A stretch of DNA of 64,000 nt from Pseudovirgaria hyperparasitica (taxonomy: Eukaryota): NCBI GenBank assembly GCA_010093815.1, contig ML996577.1. One strand, given 5' to 3'. The translations under genes were made by a program, and so were the position numbers. The notes beneath the pieces were generated by a model. The model saw nothing but the letters and a program-made list of their open reading frames with translations. It was not told where the DNA came from and ran no database searches. Shown piece after piece: positions 1 to 11,471 of the stretch. The first letter of the stretch is position 1. Every line of letters starts with the position of its first letter.

Positions 1-479
1 GGTCACTGCTCAGTGGAACGTAGAATAAGCAATTACATAGACATACATGAAGCTAGATATCACAAAGAAGGTGTTTACAATTACGTTACTTCCTAATCTT
101 CAAGGCTGCAGACCTACATGCCGATGAACTACCTATCTAAGAAACAAGATTGCTATCGTACGTCGTGATGGGAGTGAAATGCAATGCTACACGGTGGGAA
201 AGATTAGTTCCACGTGTATCCAATCATTACAATCGAAGCGAACAGTGCCCAATGACGCTCGACAGGCCGTAGCTATGGTGGTCGAAGCTTTACCCTTAGC
301 GAGTTCTTTGTTGACGTGTGTCTCCCTGTCCCACAAATATATTTTCTCCCAGCTTCCCCCAACTACCTATCCACCATCACACAATTCAAGACCTTCCTCA
401 ACTTTTCTCTTCTCATCAATCTCTTGCATCTTACTTATTAACCTATCATTATACAAACGATGATTCCTTATCTTGCCGG

Positions 480-3400
480 AATACTCGTCGGTCTATACCT
501 GGGTTTGCTCTACAGGTACTTGCTGGTGGACCCACAGTACCAAATAGAGGTCTTCATTTACGACACTCCTGCTGCACGACAGCTGCTTTTGAACTTGATG
601 AGACTCGGCGTCGTACCTTAGACTGTTGATGGCTCGTCTACATTTGTGCTGTAAGTGGCATCAATACAGTACCCTAGATGGGGCTTAACGATCGACTCTT
701 GCACAACTACTAACTTCAAGCAGCTGATGACCTTGCACGCACTTGGTGTTTTATTATGGCATCAATCTCCACTTCCATTTTTCAGACAGGTATGTTTATC
801 TCTCCCTTGGTTCACGAGCCTAAGATTATGATGATATATTCATACACTTCATCTTCTTGAATCTCCATGATAACACAATTCACTGATTTCCAATCTCCCT
901 TTGCTTCTCTAAACACATCTCAGAACATTACATTTGACTGACTTGCCTCTTACAGAGTTTCATGATACCTCCCGTCTCGATACTAGCATCTTGCATGGTA
1001 TCACAGGCGATGTCGTGTAGGCTCTTCCTCTCAGTACACCTGCGTAGCCGGTCTTGAATGGTAATGGTATCTTGAGAAGTAGCAGAGTAGCCAAGTAAGT
1101 TTCCTCTTTCCTCTCCCGATATACTGAAACATCAGTATCTTCAGTGACATGTTTACTTGGTCTTGCTCGGACAAGCTACAGGATACAGGATATCACCTCT
1201 CATCAAGCGAGCATCTGCTAATTCGACGCACAGTAATATTACAAAGTCCTATATATCGGCAGCTCATGCCATGGTCTTCTCTACTTTCATGTGCTCAATC
1301 ACAACATTTGGCACACCAACCCTAGAGGGGCTTGGCTTTCAATGCTTTGACCTGCGAGGTGTGTGCCTAGAAAGAATAGACGCACAAGTTTACACTTCCG
1401 TGCTATCTCAAGGCAATGATAGTGCGGTCTTTCTATGCGAACAAATTATTGAATGCAGACATAGGTTCAGATCAAGACAGATTGAAGAGATTTCATCGCT
1501 AAGTCCATCGATTTTATCTGCATTACTCTCACTGACCACCATTCCCAGATGCTCAATCAAGACTATGTTCGTCAAATCTGTCATAAGATATGGACAGATC
1601 AGCTGAGTTGTTTCCTAGCCTCGCTTTCACACACCTCGCTAACTATTCCCATGAATTTCATCCTTCCATTTAGCAGATGCAATTGCATCTTGACTCTCTG
1701 TACCTTGGCTTCTTTGTCGTGTCGTGACTAGCTAAGTATCGTATCCCTCATTCTTGAACTTTTACTGACATTGCCGCATCAACATACTTTAGATTTAGAT
1801 GACTGAGTATGACTTTAGTCTGCCTCGCCTGGCTCAAGACTTTGGGGTTAGCTGAATTATAGCTACACTCTAGTGACAAAGAGCAAGATCATCGTAGCTA
1901 GTCTGCGATGCAATGGAGACTCCTTCCGGTCATCAATCCTAGAACTTGGTAGCTAATACATTGCATACATCGCAGTGGACTTCCTCAATATTCGGTCTTT
2001 GGTCCTACCGAAGCAACCAGAGCTAAGTACCTCTTAACACTCCTCCGTCTCATCGCTAACTTGGCGTTGCACTAAAGCTATCGGAAGAGCTTGAATCGGG
2101 CACACTGCCGCTGAGTCCCCGCCTGATTCTTCCCATATTTTGCAAGAGCTGACAAGGACTAGAGCAAGCTACTCCTCCTCATCCTCCTCCTCCTCCTTCT
2201 CCTTTCCTATCTACAAAATATCAACAGTCACCGCTCTCGTCTACCACTTATTACAACGACTACGCGGTTGGGGATTTATGATATATCACGCTACGTCCTT
2301 CTCCTTCAATGATAATACTTGTTGCTAACTTTCATCTGCAAGGCATTTTACAAGACTATTCTTTCGGAATCCGCACCATCAAGACCGACATGTCTTCTCA
2401 AGCTACGTCAATCTTCTTTTATTTCTGCGCTCCTTGCTAACTTCAACTGTCAAATGATTATTCAACTTCCAGTTTTACTTTATCGCCTAGGTTGCTGAGG
2501 ACAAACTCGTGTCATAGTTTCTTCCTCTCACCAAAGGCTAGATCAATTGCGAGTGTGATCTGACACCTCCGTGCGACCTCAAAAGGCATCAGATCGCCAA
2601 TCTTAAGGATCTGGTGCCTTGATTTGTTCTGCTTACGCATACATGCCAGCATCTAATGATCTCTAGCAATGACCGTTGCTTCTCAAAGCTCGACTATTCG
2701 GTAAGTCTTCCACACACAAACAATGAGCGTCTACTAATAATGTTTTAGATCACCCATCCATAGTCTTCGAGCTATGGGTGGGGGGCTGTATAGGCGGGTT
2801 TGTCTCAAAGTCAATGAGGCAGGCCCATAGAGCTCAGCCCACATCAAAATGGCTGTCGGGCTGTTCAAGTCCCTCAGTCACTTGCTCATCTCCTGGGGTT
2901 TCTTCGCACGAATTAACCAGAGACACCGCTGTTCTGCGATCGTAACCGCCTTCGGGTCTGGTTCCTGTCGTGTATGAGCCGTGCATGTGCTTCCAAGAGG
3001 AGCATACATCCTAGGTAAGAACCTTCAATGTCATACAATCTCTCTTCGTTTCCACATGGATTCTCTCCAGGCTTCCACCCCTCCAGTCAACATGTACGTG
3101 TTTGCGCTCTCTTTTACCTTCTCACTTTAGTACCCTGCTTGGACCGAAATGGTTCAGGTGAAAGCCAATCATTCTGTGCTCCAAGATGGAGCTTGGGTCT
3201 GAGACCGTTTTGGAGGCAGCTAGGACTTTCCCTTGTGCCAATTAACCAGCGCGAGAATCATCGGTATCGAGATTGCGAAGATACAAGTAAGTCACACTCA
3301 TGTTCCCAACCCACTCTTTAACTCTCTGGCTCGCGAGCAGGCCTACCATCTGAATCAACCGCATCAGACTCTTAGAGCCTTGTTCCTTTCCGAGTAAGTT

Positions 3401-4400
3401 CTCTCATCTTCAGCCGCTCCTTTGTCCCCACTTCCAATGCCGAATATGGGTCACCGAATCGAGATCCTGGGATCTGGGCTTTTGGAAGCTGTTCCCACGG
3501 TTCAATGGTGCAGCTCCTCCTGGAGGACTCAATAGCTGCATCATGATAGGTTGGCCCGAGAGCAAGCAAGCATTTTGCACCCTGAGTAGAGGGGGACCTA
3601 GGTCCTTCTTGCGATCCTGGCGCATGCCGGTGTATCAGCTCAGTTTGCAGATTTTAGTCTTGCACACACCAAAACTGCGTTCTGCCTCTCGTAAGGGAAC
3701 TCTCAAAAGAGAATGGCTTGACGTGCGTGTCGGTGCGTACATATCGTCATCATATTAAACTGTTCCTGAATAGCCTGGCGGGTTTTACATGAAGCTTTGC
3801 AACAACATTTTTCCCCATCTCCTCATGAGCTCCTTGCTAACATTCTGCTTAGAATTCCAATCGGCAGTCATTTCATTCCACTTTTCACCATTACACATTC
3901 CCCAAACATCCCCATCACGGGCCGCCGAGTCAAGGATCTCGAGGAGTCGGGCTTTTGGAAGCTACTACTCGTATCCTATGGCGCAGTTCCTCTCCAGAGG
4001 CTCCATAGCTGCGTCATAAGAAGCGGCCCAAAAGCATGTGAGATTGGGTTCATTGAGTGGAGAGCAACCTAGTTTCTCTCGCGATCTTAGCGCAAGCTGA
4101 GTATCGGCTCAATGGACTTCAGTCTCGCGCACACGGACTACTCTGACGGACTATCACCGAGAGGACAATGGTAGTCTCGTTTGAGTTCGTGTGCACATGC
4201 GGTCTTCGAAGTCGGACTCTGAGCCTGTACGCGGTGAAGGCTACGAACCTGCTTGTCTCTCGAGATGGGCAGAGCCAAGTCAGAGACGCATGGTGGTGCT
4301 GGTGGTCGACTTGGGTCAATTGAGTGCAGGCCGTCGATAATCTCGCTCCCGAATCATATGATAGCTGTTGCTTCATGAACATGCTAACATTTCATCTCAG
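480..4400 (+). ncRNA. Candidate spliced, highly structured long non-coding RNA (boundaries approximate)
   Basis: No recognisable protein ORF. Plus-strand intron-like segments at 1095-1135, 2701-2748, 3015-3070 and 3287-3340. Many stems whose non-WC positions are G-U on the + strand (2583-2595/2608-2620; 2796-2807/2815-2826; 2093-2101/2121-2129). cUUCGg loop at 2950-2955 and GCAA tetraloop at 4092-4095. Confidence 0.45.
3448..4200 (+). repeat. Two diverged direct copies (3448-3741 and 3919-4200, offset ~470 bp) of a structured module
   Basis: Shared colinear anchors GGGCTTTTGGAAGCT, ATGGYGCAGYTCCTC, ATAGCTGCRTCAT, GGCCCRARAGCA, TGAGT..ACCTAG..GCGATC..GTATCRGCTCA and GCACAC in both copies. Confidence 0.85.
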
Positions 4401-4880
4401 ATCTAGCGCCGTTCCGATCTTAACCTCTGGACTCTGAGAAGTATACATTTCTCCTAAGCCGCTGACACCACACCAGACCTCCTCAAGGCACTTGCCAGAT
4501 CTCCGGACCCATCCCAAGGTATGTTTCATCTCCATATCTTCCTGTCACACTTTCACCTCCCGATACCAATCCCCCTGGGTCGACTCAGCACGCTTTGCGA
4601 GTTGAGTGAGTGGATAGAGCTCGTCCTCGGGCAAACCAATGCTCTTTCCAACACTACCGTCCCTAGATTAAACCTGCAGCAATTGAGTATCCGACCTGCA
4701 TCCAATGGTTGGTTGCGTGCAATTCCTGGTCTGCAGACAACACATCTTTCATACCAGACTGCCTCAAGAATTCGATTTTTCTTTGGACGTCTCAGCTGAC
4801 AGTCGACGCAGAGTCGAATGTCGTATGAGTTACAGTCATTGTGCTCACGATCCTGGAAACCCGATGCCTTCACGGGATCA

Positions 4881-5622
4881 ATCCAGCTACGTTGCCTCTA
4901 TTTACACTACTCTCAAGTACCTTACTGACCTAAAATCGCTAGCTACAAACCTCGCAATACCCCCGCCGAAGTTGAGCGCGAGTAGGCACTCTGCTGTCAA
5001 AACAATCCCGCTACGTCGACTCTATCCCTGCTGTTCTTGAATGCTTTGCTGATCTCCAAACACTAGTCACATATCTCGAAACGCTCAGTCCAAACTGAGT
5101 GTCAGCCACTCCTCCGATACCTTAGCAGTGTATCATCTGATCCATCCAGCTACGTTATCTCCTATGTTTACCTGAACACCTCACTGACCACAATCATTAG
5201 CGACGTATTTGGAAGCTCTCAGAACCAGTTGACAGAGAGTGGTCCATTCAACATCGCTTCTGGCTCATCCATTGGACCCATCCAGCTACGTTAACTCCTA
5301 TGATTACCTGAACCACTCACTGACCACAACCATTAGCGACGTATTTGGAAGCTCTCAGAACCAATTGACAGCGAGTGGTCCATCCAACACCGCTTCTGGC
5401 TCATCCATTGAACCCATCCAGCTACGTTATTTTCTATAATTACCTGAACACCTCACTGACCACAATCCATAGCTACGTATTTGGAAGCTCTCAGAACCAA
5501 TTGAGCGCGAGCAAGTCATCAAAGACAGCACCGCTTCCGGCTTCTTCCAACAATTCCACCCAGCTACGCTATCTCCGCCCCAACTATAGTATACAAACCT
5601 CACTAACTCATCATCCTCACAG
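4881..5622 (+). repeat. Tandem ~136-bp repeat; ~3 well-conserved copies (5142-5500) plus degenerate flanking copies
   Basis: CCATCCAGCTACGTT recurs at 136-bp spacing (~5143, 5278, 5414). Degenerate GCTACG units at ~4885, ~5010 and ~5563. Each is followed by CTGAC/CTGAT/CTAAC and a YAG. Confidence 0.85.
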
Positions 5623-7051
5623 TCACCTCAACCTGCTCGAAACCCTCCGGCTCACCTCACCGGACGCGCGCTGAGCACATCCAGCTTCCTTTCCTGCACA
5701 CACCCCCAATCACGAAACCTTGCTAACACCCAAACACCAGGACCGTCCTTCTCGATCCCAATCGACCGCACGACAGCGGGACCCCCTCACAGCAAAGCGT
5801 AAGTCTCCTCCACCCCGAACTCTCTCTCCCTCTTTCCCACATCGCACCACAAGTCCATCTGCGCGAACGGCACCGTCAACGGATGTTAGCTGTCCAGCTT
5901 CTCGTCTGGAAGACAAGCCAAGAGCAATGCCTCCACTCGACCATCAACCATTGCGCACTCAATGCGAGATTCAATGAGTGGCTACATCCTTCCGTCGTGC
6001 TTCTTCCTCTTCACACACTGCAATACATATCCCACACACCCCTCCAATGCATACCATCGCGCTAACTGATCACAGCAACACCAGATCGCCCTGAAGCAAC
6101 GACGAATCCAGAGAGAAGAGCGCGCCTGACACACATCAAGGTAAGTAAATCTTGCACATTCATACCTTCCTTGTCCCTTCCTACACCTTCGGCACCGACA
6201 CCACCACACCGCCGGCACCGTCAACGGATACAGTACTATATGCTGCGATCTGTAAGATAAAGCCAAGAGCAATGCACCTGTCTTCGAGTGTTCGCTCTCT
6301 CAAGACTATGAGAGGGGATACAAAGATTGGGTTACATTCTTTTTTTTCTTTTGAGGTTTGAGGATGAATCATGGATGGAGTTGGTTTGAGGATGGGTCTG
6401 TTTAGAGCTGTAGTGGAAATGAATATATGTTGAATTCGACTCATTGATTGTGACAAGAATGGTGCCATGAATCTGTGCATATAAGGATGTGACTTCCATA
6501 ATTATTATGATTGTGAACGTGGGTATGACTGTGGATTTATTTCAAATTCGGCATGAGAGATTCGAATACGAATACGAGTGCCAAGGAACGAATTAGAGCA
6601 TGTCGATGTCGCTGAAGTCACGAATGAAGTCACGTGAGCGTAAAAAAAATGGAGGTTCTGTACACAAAGGTCTGTAATGTGAGTACGTAAGACCACATGA
6701 ATGTGTATTGGTAGTAGATGGAGATCAATCCAACCAGATCTACAGAATTGGGTTAGCTGACTGAGTCCTAAACAACCATATTACGCGCTTGCCATGTTTG
6801 TGAGATGGGTGCTGTGATGTGGGAATAACCCGGAACGCGTCTGACGGGGTGGAACTCGAGGGCTTACTGGAAGACAATCTCCGGCTTTCGCATGATAGAC
6901 CACGTATAGCTACGGTGGCGGCATCTCTTTGCGTCTCGCTTTCATACAAAATGCAAGACGCGCTTCCCATGTCCCTGAATTTGTTGACTGTGCGCAAATA
7001 TCATCCCATCACAATTACAAGGGTATCTTTTCAACGACTTGTCTAAGTCGC

Positions 7052-7645
7052 TCAACGTCCCGGGCTCAACGGCCTGTTGAATCCACCCGTTCTGTTCATG
7101 TATTGCCTGTACTCGGATATCGTCTCCTTCCTTACACAGTAGATGTCGTTCCCAGGTATCTTCGTATTCTTCGTGCTTTTGAAGCCCGCAAAGCCCATTA
7201 CCGCTCTCATCTTCTTGGTCTCCGGATCCTCATCCACGTCGCCTTCGTCTTTAGCCTTCGCCTTTGGTGGGTCTGTGACTTTGGGCGTGACGCCCGGGCC
7301 CGAAAGACCACGGCCCTCGGTGATGGATATGTCGCGGGTTTTCTTGTCTATGTCGCGAGTGGCAGGTTTGTCTCGCTTAGTATCGCGGTCGCGTGGGTTG
7401 CTGCGCGGACCTTTCAGAGGGGATCGTTCGCGGACACGGCCGTGGGGAGCATCATTGCCTGGAGATCTGGAGCGAGAACGAGTGTGACGATCATCTGGCG
7501 TGTGTTAGTGGGTGAAAGAATCGAAGGTTGATCGGATCTCACTTCGGCGGGTGGATGTTCTGTCTTTGCTCTTGCTACGGTCGCGACGCTGGAAACGGTC
7601 GTCATCTCTGCGACGGTCACGGGTACTGCGCCTGGAGTCTGGCAT
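7052..7645 (-). CDS. SNRNP27: U4/U6.U5 tri-snRNP 27 kDa protein (RS-rich N-terminus, DUF1777-type C-terminus), 1 intron
   Basis: C-terminal MGFAGFKSTKNTKIPGN...YRQYMNRTGGFNRPLSP signature. ATG at 7645; intron ~7495-7542 (GTGAGA...CTAAC...CAG) joins the RS/RD-rich exons in frame. Confidence 0.9.
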
Positions 7646-8094
7646 TTTAGAGAAATGCGAGAGTTTGCTGGGTTTATTGCTGAGCGATGGTGTTGACTTT
7701 CAACGGTAGCATGGGAGTGTAAGGTTGCAGGCGGCACGGGCTGTAGGCTCCCAATTGTAATTATCGTATTGGTGGATGTCTACAGAAGAAAGCTGGATTA
7801 CATGAGGCGTCTACCAAGAGAGTGCCAAGGCGCTAATTCAGGTAGCAGAGCTTGGATTTGCGTGCGTGCACTTGTGGGCACAGCAAATTACCAATGCTTA
7901 AGTGGACGTGGCGAAGAGCGATGGAGACTTTTGAGCACAGAATTGGGTATATTTATTTGTTTGAAAGTGGCGCAATACATGTCTCACACTGATAACCCTT
8001 GTGATATGACTGGTACAATACGCTTTGTCTGGCGTCAACCACCACTCCTTGATGCGTAATAATCACAATGCCGTGCAACTTGCTCTCCTTTCAT

Positions 8095-8940
8095 TCATGA
8101 ATCATTCGTACCCTTCATCTTCTGACCCCAGTACTCCTCGCGCTCCTCATACTTCCATACATCGAATCGTCCGCTGGCTCGCTCCTCCATGGCCTCTGCG
8201 GCCTCGCGTCGCCATTGGGGATCGAGACGGCCAGCGCCTAAATCTTCTTGGAAGAGGCGGAGGTCTGTGCGAAAAGCCTGACTTTGCCTGAGCAGCTGCT
8301 TAGGTAAGTTGGGAAGTGGCTCGTCTGCTGGGAATGAGTCTGCAGGGGGACCATTGGGTAGGATCTTGAAAAGCCGTTCCTGTGCCTCACGGGATAGTGA
8401 AGCCCATGTTCGCTCGTCGCTGAAAAGCATGTCTAGATCGAGGTTCACAAGGACTGACTTCGGCGAGGTCGTCACAAAGTCAGGTGAGTAGTTTGGTTCC
8501 TTCGCTCCTCGTGGCAGACGGCGTGATTGCGTTCGCGATGGTGTATTTTTGGCTTTCTTTGGAGGACTGCCTTGTTCCAGCGGCTCTTCGTAGCGGACAG
8601 GTGACTTTCGTTTGCGTTTGGGACGTATCGGGCTCTGTTGAACCTCATCCGGTAAAGCGTTGGATACCGGGTCCAGTGATGCGTCATCATGGTCTTTGGG
8701 AATGTGGTCATTATATGAATCGCTTGGCGCGGTGTCTGTACTTGTGCTCACGGCCACAGGAGGAACCGAGTCTTCCGCTGTAGTGTGATCTTCCGCCGCA
8801 TCTGTGGTCGTCTGATGCTCAGTATGATTGTCGTCTTGGTGCGACTTGATGGGGTCGACGTGCTCAAGGGACTGGACAGATCTACCGGATGAGGGGGTAC
8901 TGATGTCAGATCGAGCGCTCGAGAGTGGAGAAGAGTCCAT
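8095..8940 (-). CDS. Asx-homology (ASXH/DEUBAD) domain protein
   Basis: 281-aa ORF with a disordered N-terminus, then SPKSVLVNLDL..LFS..TWASLSREAQERLFKILP...FRTDLRLFQEDLGAGRLDPQW, typical of fungal ASXH domains. Confidence 0.75.
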   Translation of the reverse strand: MDSSPLSSARSDISTPSSGRSVQSLEHVDPIKSHQDDNHTEHQTTTDAAEDHTTAEDSVPPVAVSTSTDTAPSDSYNDHIPKDHDDASLDPVSNALPDEVQQSPIRPKRKRKSPVRYEEPLEQGSPPKKAKNTPSRTQSRRLPRGAKEPNYSPDFVTTSPKSVLVNLDLDMLFSDERTWASLSREAQERLFKILPNGPPADSFPADEPLPNLPKQLLRQSQAFRTDLRLFQEDLGAGRLDPQWRREAAEAMEERASGRFDVWKYEEREEYWGQKMKGTNDS

Positions 8941-10082
8941 CGAAGTGACTGTGAAACGACTGCGTAATAAGAGCCTTGGTTGAAAAGTTCGAGCTATAGC
9001 TTGATCTACTAGAGATGTTAGCAGAGGTGCGTAGGTGGAATCCCGAGAACGCTCCGTGCAGGGAGCTGTTGAGCAGTGGAAATGAACAAAGAAACGATCA
9101 GGCTAAAGAGTGTGCGATCGAACTGACATCTCGTAACGTAGGTTGCAGAGGAGCAAGCAAATGTAAGGAGTTTGCGAGGCTCAAAATTCAAATAGAGTAG
9201 GTCTCGGCAATGGGAAGGCGCAGACAAGTCTCTCCTCGCGGAAGATGAAGACAACAAGGGACCTCAATACAAGGTGCAAGCCAACAAGTATTAAGATGTA
9301 TTGCGCCCACGTGTCCATAGTGGTGAAAAGACAGTGATGAATGATGACTCTAGCGAGTGAAGGGCAGAAAGAAAGAGATAGCGATAATCCTAGATAGCGA
9401 TAGTGATCGATGATATTGCGCATTCACACAGAAACGAGTGCACAGGAATGTATGCGATGTTCAAGTAATGCGACCAAAGGGAAAAGTACACACACCCATC
9501 CGCAGTTATTCGTCGTTCCGCACGTGCTGTGAGGCTGTACGAGGTAATAGCGATGCAGTCAACGCTCCACTGCCCGAACTTTGGATTTGAATGATTCAGT
9601 CACAAATTCAGCTAGGCAGTGTGAATAGACACTGGAAGGTTGCGAATCGTAGAAGTCGTTTGGCGGTATACCGTATAAGGGAACATTGATTCAGCCCAGA
9701 AACCTCGAATCGATCCGGATACGAGCGCATCACACCAATAAAGGAGTCAGCGATACTGGTCGATGGCGACAGCTTTTCATTTTATATAACAAACAATGCT
9801 GATGCAGTAGGGGTGTACAAGCCAAATGCTCCCGGTGTGTATGTGGAGGTGGTGGTGGTAGTGGTAGTGAAGGCGGAGACTCTTCAGAACGCGTTCTTTA
9901 TAACATGGTCCGTGCATGTTCATGCTGGCAGATGCCAGATATATACATGCATTCATTGATGCTCGAGCCTATTAACCTAGATTCTCATCCGCTCTGATTA
10001 CAACCCACAGACTACTCCCTCCACTCGTCCCGGACCTCCATACCGTCGAATTACATACCTCTTTTTCCGACCTCTTCTCACG

Positions 10083-10912
10083 ATGGTGAAGTCGACCCTC
10101 ATCGTGCGCGTGGACCGTCAGTGCACCCCATCCTATGCTCGCTACAAACACCAATACTCACTCGTGTAATAGATCTCGGCGGCAGTGTTCTTGTCGAGAC
10201 ACAAAATGAAATGAGTCGGGATCCAGCTATGCTAGAGGCCAGCGCGAGGGTGAAGAAAGTAATCCGCCAGGCAGGCCCCCAGTCAGCAACCCATGCAGAT
10301 ATCGACTGCGGGAAATATACGGTCTTGTACGCCTGGCAATGCATACTTCAGCATGACTGTCTATCTAACTCTGCGCAGCTATGTCATGAGTGGACAAACC
10401 ATGTATGTCGCATTCTGCGAAAAGTCATACCCCAAAAACGTGGCCTTTACCTACCTCGACGACATTCAAACACAATTCTCGCAGCAACACCCCGAACGAG
10501 AATATGCTGTTCCTACAGTACTAAAACCATTCCACTACATGAGCTTCGAGAACGACATACGAAAGACAATGAAGGCATACTCGGACCCGCGCGCTGTACA
10601 GGGACCAGGGCTGGACAAGATCAATGAAGAGCTCAGAGGCGTCACGGAAGTTATGAAAAAAAACATCGAGGATCTAATATACCGGGGAGATAGTTTAGAC
10701 AAGATGGGAGACATGAGCTCGCGCTTAAGAGAAGAAAGTAGGAAGTATCGGAAGGCGGCTGTCAGGATAAATTGGGAGCTTTTACTCAAGCAGGTAAGTC
10801 GGCATTACATCTTAGCAAATAGGCCACCTCGAAACTCACAAACCTGTAGTATGGTCCGATAGGCGGAGTCGCGCTCATAATGATTATTTTCATATGGTGG
10901 CGCTTCTTCTAG
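10083..10912 (+). CDS. SEC22: R-SNARE Sec22 (longin + synaptobrevin + TM), 3 introns
   Basis: MVKSTLI.., CEKSYPKNVAFTYL, NEELRGVTEVMKKNIEDLIYRGDSL, RKAAVRINWELLLKQ, and a C-terminal TM ending WWRFF*. Confidence 0.95.
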
Positions 10913-11471
10913 TATCGCATCCTTCGGGCCCTGGCGGTCTCCATATTAGCGTAGGCGCATCACACGAGGAATGGGTTGTCTTCGACAATTGATGTCTATT
11001 CACGCAACATGCACCGGTCGCTGCCTAGGCCTGGTGCCAGCTCTCATCTAGGGAATGGGAGCGCTAGCATTAGCATTGCTAAAAGAGTCCTTAATGACTT
11101 TAAGCATGGCAGCACAAGTCGAGTGTTATGATAGTAATCTGATTAAATAGGGGTCTGCGGAGCGCACCACACTGTGCTAAAGCATAACATTATAATAGGC
11201 ATTCATTTAACTAGGATATACTGAGAGGGTAGAGCAAGCAAGTGGGCGAACCATGAACTGAAAAATCATATCCATAAATATTCGTAGGGTTTGTGCCTTA
11301 CTGTGGTGATAGCTTGGCGTTAGGCATCCCCGCACCGCACCTCCGAGTCGCCCAAAGCTGCGACGGTGTTCTTTGAGGAGACTCTTCCAGGAAGCTTGCC
11401 AACACCTTCCCACCACAAGCCATTGTTGGCCTTTTTTAATTGCATGATTCCGAACACTTCATGAGGTGAGC

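Noticed and set aside
3448..4340. Group I intron, HDV/hammerhead ribozyme, RNase P/MRP, snRNA or telomerase RNA identity for the structured modules
   Set aside because: Conserved cores (P/Q/R/S, CUGAnGA..GAAA, CR-I/CR-V, U1/U2 5' ends, TAACCCTAA template) were not found by eye. Left unassigned pending cmscan.
179..6500. Listed short ORFs (e.g. 1157-1606) as real proteins
   Set aside because: No domain signatures, many non-ATG starts, and no coherent spliced frame found.
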